From positions 1 to 64,000 of the forward strand of contig JANRLW010000075.1 of assembly GCA_033762295.1 (NCBI GenBank): a DNA stretch of 64,000 nt, in the 5' to 3' direction. The notes under the pieces were generated by a model. The model was given only the letters and a program-made list of their open reading frames with translations. It ran no database searches and had not been told where the DNA came from. Positions 62,189-64,000 of the stretch are shown here, piece after piece; position 1 is the first letter of the stretch; each line of letters begins with the position of its first letter. This DNA is from Capsulimonadales bacterium (GTDB taxonomy: Bacteria > Armatimonadota > Armatimonadia > Armatimonadales > Armatimonadaceae). A program made the position numbers and the translations under genes.

Positions 62189-63286
62189 TCAGTAGCGGAC
62201 GGGGTCGACCAGCAGGATGACCCGTGTCTGTTCCAGGAACCGGTCACGGTTGTTCGCCGCCAGAATCCGGTCGGCATCCTCCATCGAGATGACCGGGTTG
62301 AACCTGTGTCGGTCGGCGGTGCGGATGCCGCGGACGATCAGGGGATGGGCGCCCGCCCGGGCGGAGCGGATCGCCTCGCCCATGCTGCGAGGATATGAAA
62401 CGATGCCGGTGTCGATCGCGTACTCGGGAGTGACACGCACGGTGCCGTAGACCTCGCGACCGGTCGTATCGTAGATTTTGGGCGACATGATCGCTTCCAC
62501 ATTCAGCCCCCGGCAGTCGATCAGGACGGAGGTGAAGGGGCCGTTATCGGAGCGAGGGGTCAGCCCGGGCTCGACCGCCGAGTAGATGCGCCCCGAGCGA
62601 ACCACCGGTGGGACGACCTTGATCGCCGGTTTCGCCGGTCCGCGGAAATTGCCGCTCACATCCGCTCCGGCGCCGCCCGCCGGTAAGGCGGACGCGATAC
62701 GCACGCCCGGCCCGGAGAAGGTCGAAGGGGCGGCCGCCGAAAACTCCTCGGTCTCCGTGCGGGGCGCCGTTCGGTTCTTCAGCACCTCCGGATAGACGAT
62801 CGATGCGACCGAACGCGGACCGTACAGCGGCAGTTCCATGACCACGACGGCGGTGCCATCGGCCTGCATCGCTTCCGAAACGACCCGTGGGGATTTCAGC
62901 AGCGCGGACAGGGAGGTGCGGACTTCATCCTTTTCCAGGACGTAATTTTTCACCTTGGTCTCGGCGGTGACCTGGATCGAGGAAACGGTCATGGCGAGAG
63001 TGCGCAGGGCGTCCGCGCGCGCGGCGCCGAGCGCCATCAGCTTCGCCTGGGCCGGAGTGCCGGCCACTCCTTCGGCGGGCGGCGCACCGTAGCCGGTCGC
63101 CTTGACCACGCCCGCCGAATAGTTGATCCGTCCCCGGCCGTTCGATACCGTATCCACCAGGGGGTCGTCCTGCCGCTCCTCCGCGCTAACCGCCACCGGC
63201 GGGACCATCGGCAGCAACAGACCGGCAAGGACAAGCGCCAGCATTCGTCGGCGGGCAAAAACGAAAAAGGAGTGCTTGATAGGCAT
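62189..63286 (-). CDS. LPP20-family secreted protein
   Basis: Signal peptide; INYSAGVVKATGYG, AKLMALGAARADALRTLA...IQVTAETKV, TSVLIDCRGL, MSPKIYD. Confidence 0.72.
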   Translation of the reverse strand: MPIKHSFFVFARRRMLALVLAGLLLPMVPPVAVSAEERQDDPLVDTVSNGRGRINYSAGVVKATGYGAPPAEGVAGTPAQAKLMALGAARADALRTLAMTVSSIQVTAETKVKNYVLEKDEVRTSLSALLKSPRVVSEAMQADGTAVVVMELPLYGPRSVASIVYPEVLKNRTAPRTETEEFSAAAPSTFSGPGVRIASALPAGGAGADVSGNFRGPAKPAIKVVPPVVRSGRIYSAVEPGLTPRSDNGPFTSVLIDCRGLNVEAIMSPKIYDTTGREVYGTVRVTPEYAIDTGIVSYPRSMGEAIRSARAGAHPLIVRGIRTADRHRFNPVISMEDADRILAANNRDRFLEQTRVILLVDPVRY

Positions 63287-63412
63287 CGTGGTCCTTTCGC
63301 CGCAGTTTAGGCAGTTGTGGCGTTATGGGAAGTTGTTCCGTCTGGTAAGACTGTGCCGATCGGAGAACGCTTCAATTTTTCGGCGGCTCTCAGGTCCCGT
63401 CCGCTGCAAATT

Positions 63413-63452
63413 AAAAAAGAAAAGGCGGCGGCAGGGCTTCCCCCGCCACCGC
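63413..63452 (-). terminator. Intrinsic terminator after the H-X9-DG gene
   Basis: Minus strand GCGGTGGCGGGG-GAAG-CCCTGCCGCCGC followed by CTTTTCTTTTTT. Confidence 0.75.
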
Positions 63453-63485
63453 ACGGTCACGAATCGCTCCGGAACCGGTCGCCGG

Positions 63486-64000
63486 TCAGTTGCAGCCCGG
63501 ACAGGCGCCGTCGTCGGCCAGTTTCGCCCCCCGGTAGAAACCGAAGTTATAGGCGTCCTCGGTCGTATTTGGGGTGCGCGTCGGACGCGACCACTTCGCA
63601 TGACCATCTCCGAAGGTAAAGTTCGCCCCGCCGGAGTGGCGCGCCGGTCCGTAGAAGTCCCATCCCCGGCCCCCCTGGTTCCAGTAATACTCGCTTACCT
63701 CGTCCCCGTTGGTGTCCTGGGTATTCCAGAAGTTCCAGGCGTACACGCCGTCTCCGATCAGCGCGATTTCCGCCGGACTCTGCATCCCCGCCTGCGCCAT
63801 GCCGTCGGGCTCGACGCCGGACGCCGTTCCGTTCACCATACCCGTAAAGAACGGCTCGTTCAGTCCGTAACCGACTTCATAGTCGACCGGAACCCCTTCC
63901 GGGTTGGCGGCAGTTCCCGGCTTGCAGTACGAACGCCAGTAGGAAAACGGCGCTTTGAAGGCGTTGCTCGGACAGTTAAAGATCCCCGTATTCTTCACAT
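63486..64000 (-). CDS. H-X9-DG (DUF1559/prepilin-type) protein, C-terminal part
   Basis: KNTGIFNCPS...YGLN...ARHSGGANFTFGDGHAKW; 5' end lies outside the window. Confidence 0.82.
   Translation of the reverse strand, partial: VKNTGIFNCPSNAFKAPFSYWRSYCKPGTAANPEGVPVDYEVGYGLNEPFFTGMVNGTASGVEPDGMAQAGMQSPAEIALIGDGVYAWNFWNTQDTNGDEVSEYYWNQGGRGWDFYGPARHSGGANFTFGDGHAKWSRPTRTPNTTEDAYNFGFYRGAKLADDGACPGCN

Overview
GC-rich bacterial chromosomal window of roughly 60 CDS. It is probably Armatimonadota or a PVC-like diderm; this is inferred from two H-X9-DG/DUF1559-type proteins, a pseudopilin pair, a DUF1549/DUF1553 cytochrome-c protein, kdsD and an outer-membrane porin. I saw no rRNA, tRNA or CRISPR array. 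Main blocks: (1) pepF (partial), a GAF-GAF-PP2C phosphatase, an FAA hydrolase and a DsbA/FrnE protein; (2) an ~11 kb extended kdp K+-uptake locus with DUF2294, four tandem small membrane peptides including kdpF, kdpABC, a porin, a HAMP-PAS kinase, a response regulator with an unrecognised output domain and a stand-alone KdpD-N/USP protein, where two 5' leaders share a motif followed by a terminator hairpin; (3) MFS, kdsD, oxidoreductases, DUF1553, a LacI + H-X9-DG module, glpK, an S9 peptidase, a RidA/creatininase/enolase operon, AraC + lactonase, GH16, MBL hydrolase, YceI and two pseudopilins; (4) a Gfo/Idh/MocA cluster interrupted by a solitary Y1 (IS200/RAYT-like) transposase between 58-bp palindromic inverted repeats; (5) DinG, DUF503 and a specialised GrpE-Hsp70-Zn-ribbon/TM-J/TPR module whose J-domain lacks HPD; (6) an LPP20 / CsgG-FlgT-like envelope cluster. 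Seven genes have a -10 box 5-7 nt upstream of the start codon and no clear SD, suggesting common leaderless transcription. All family calls come from motif recognition by eye; no searches were run.
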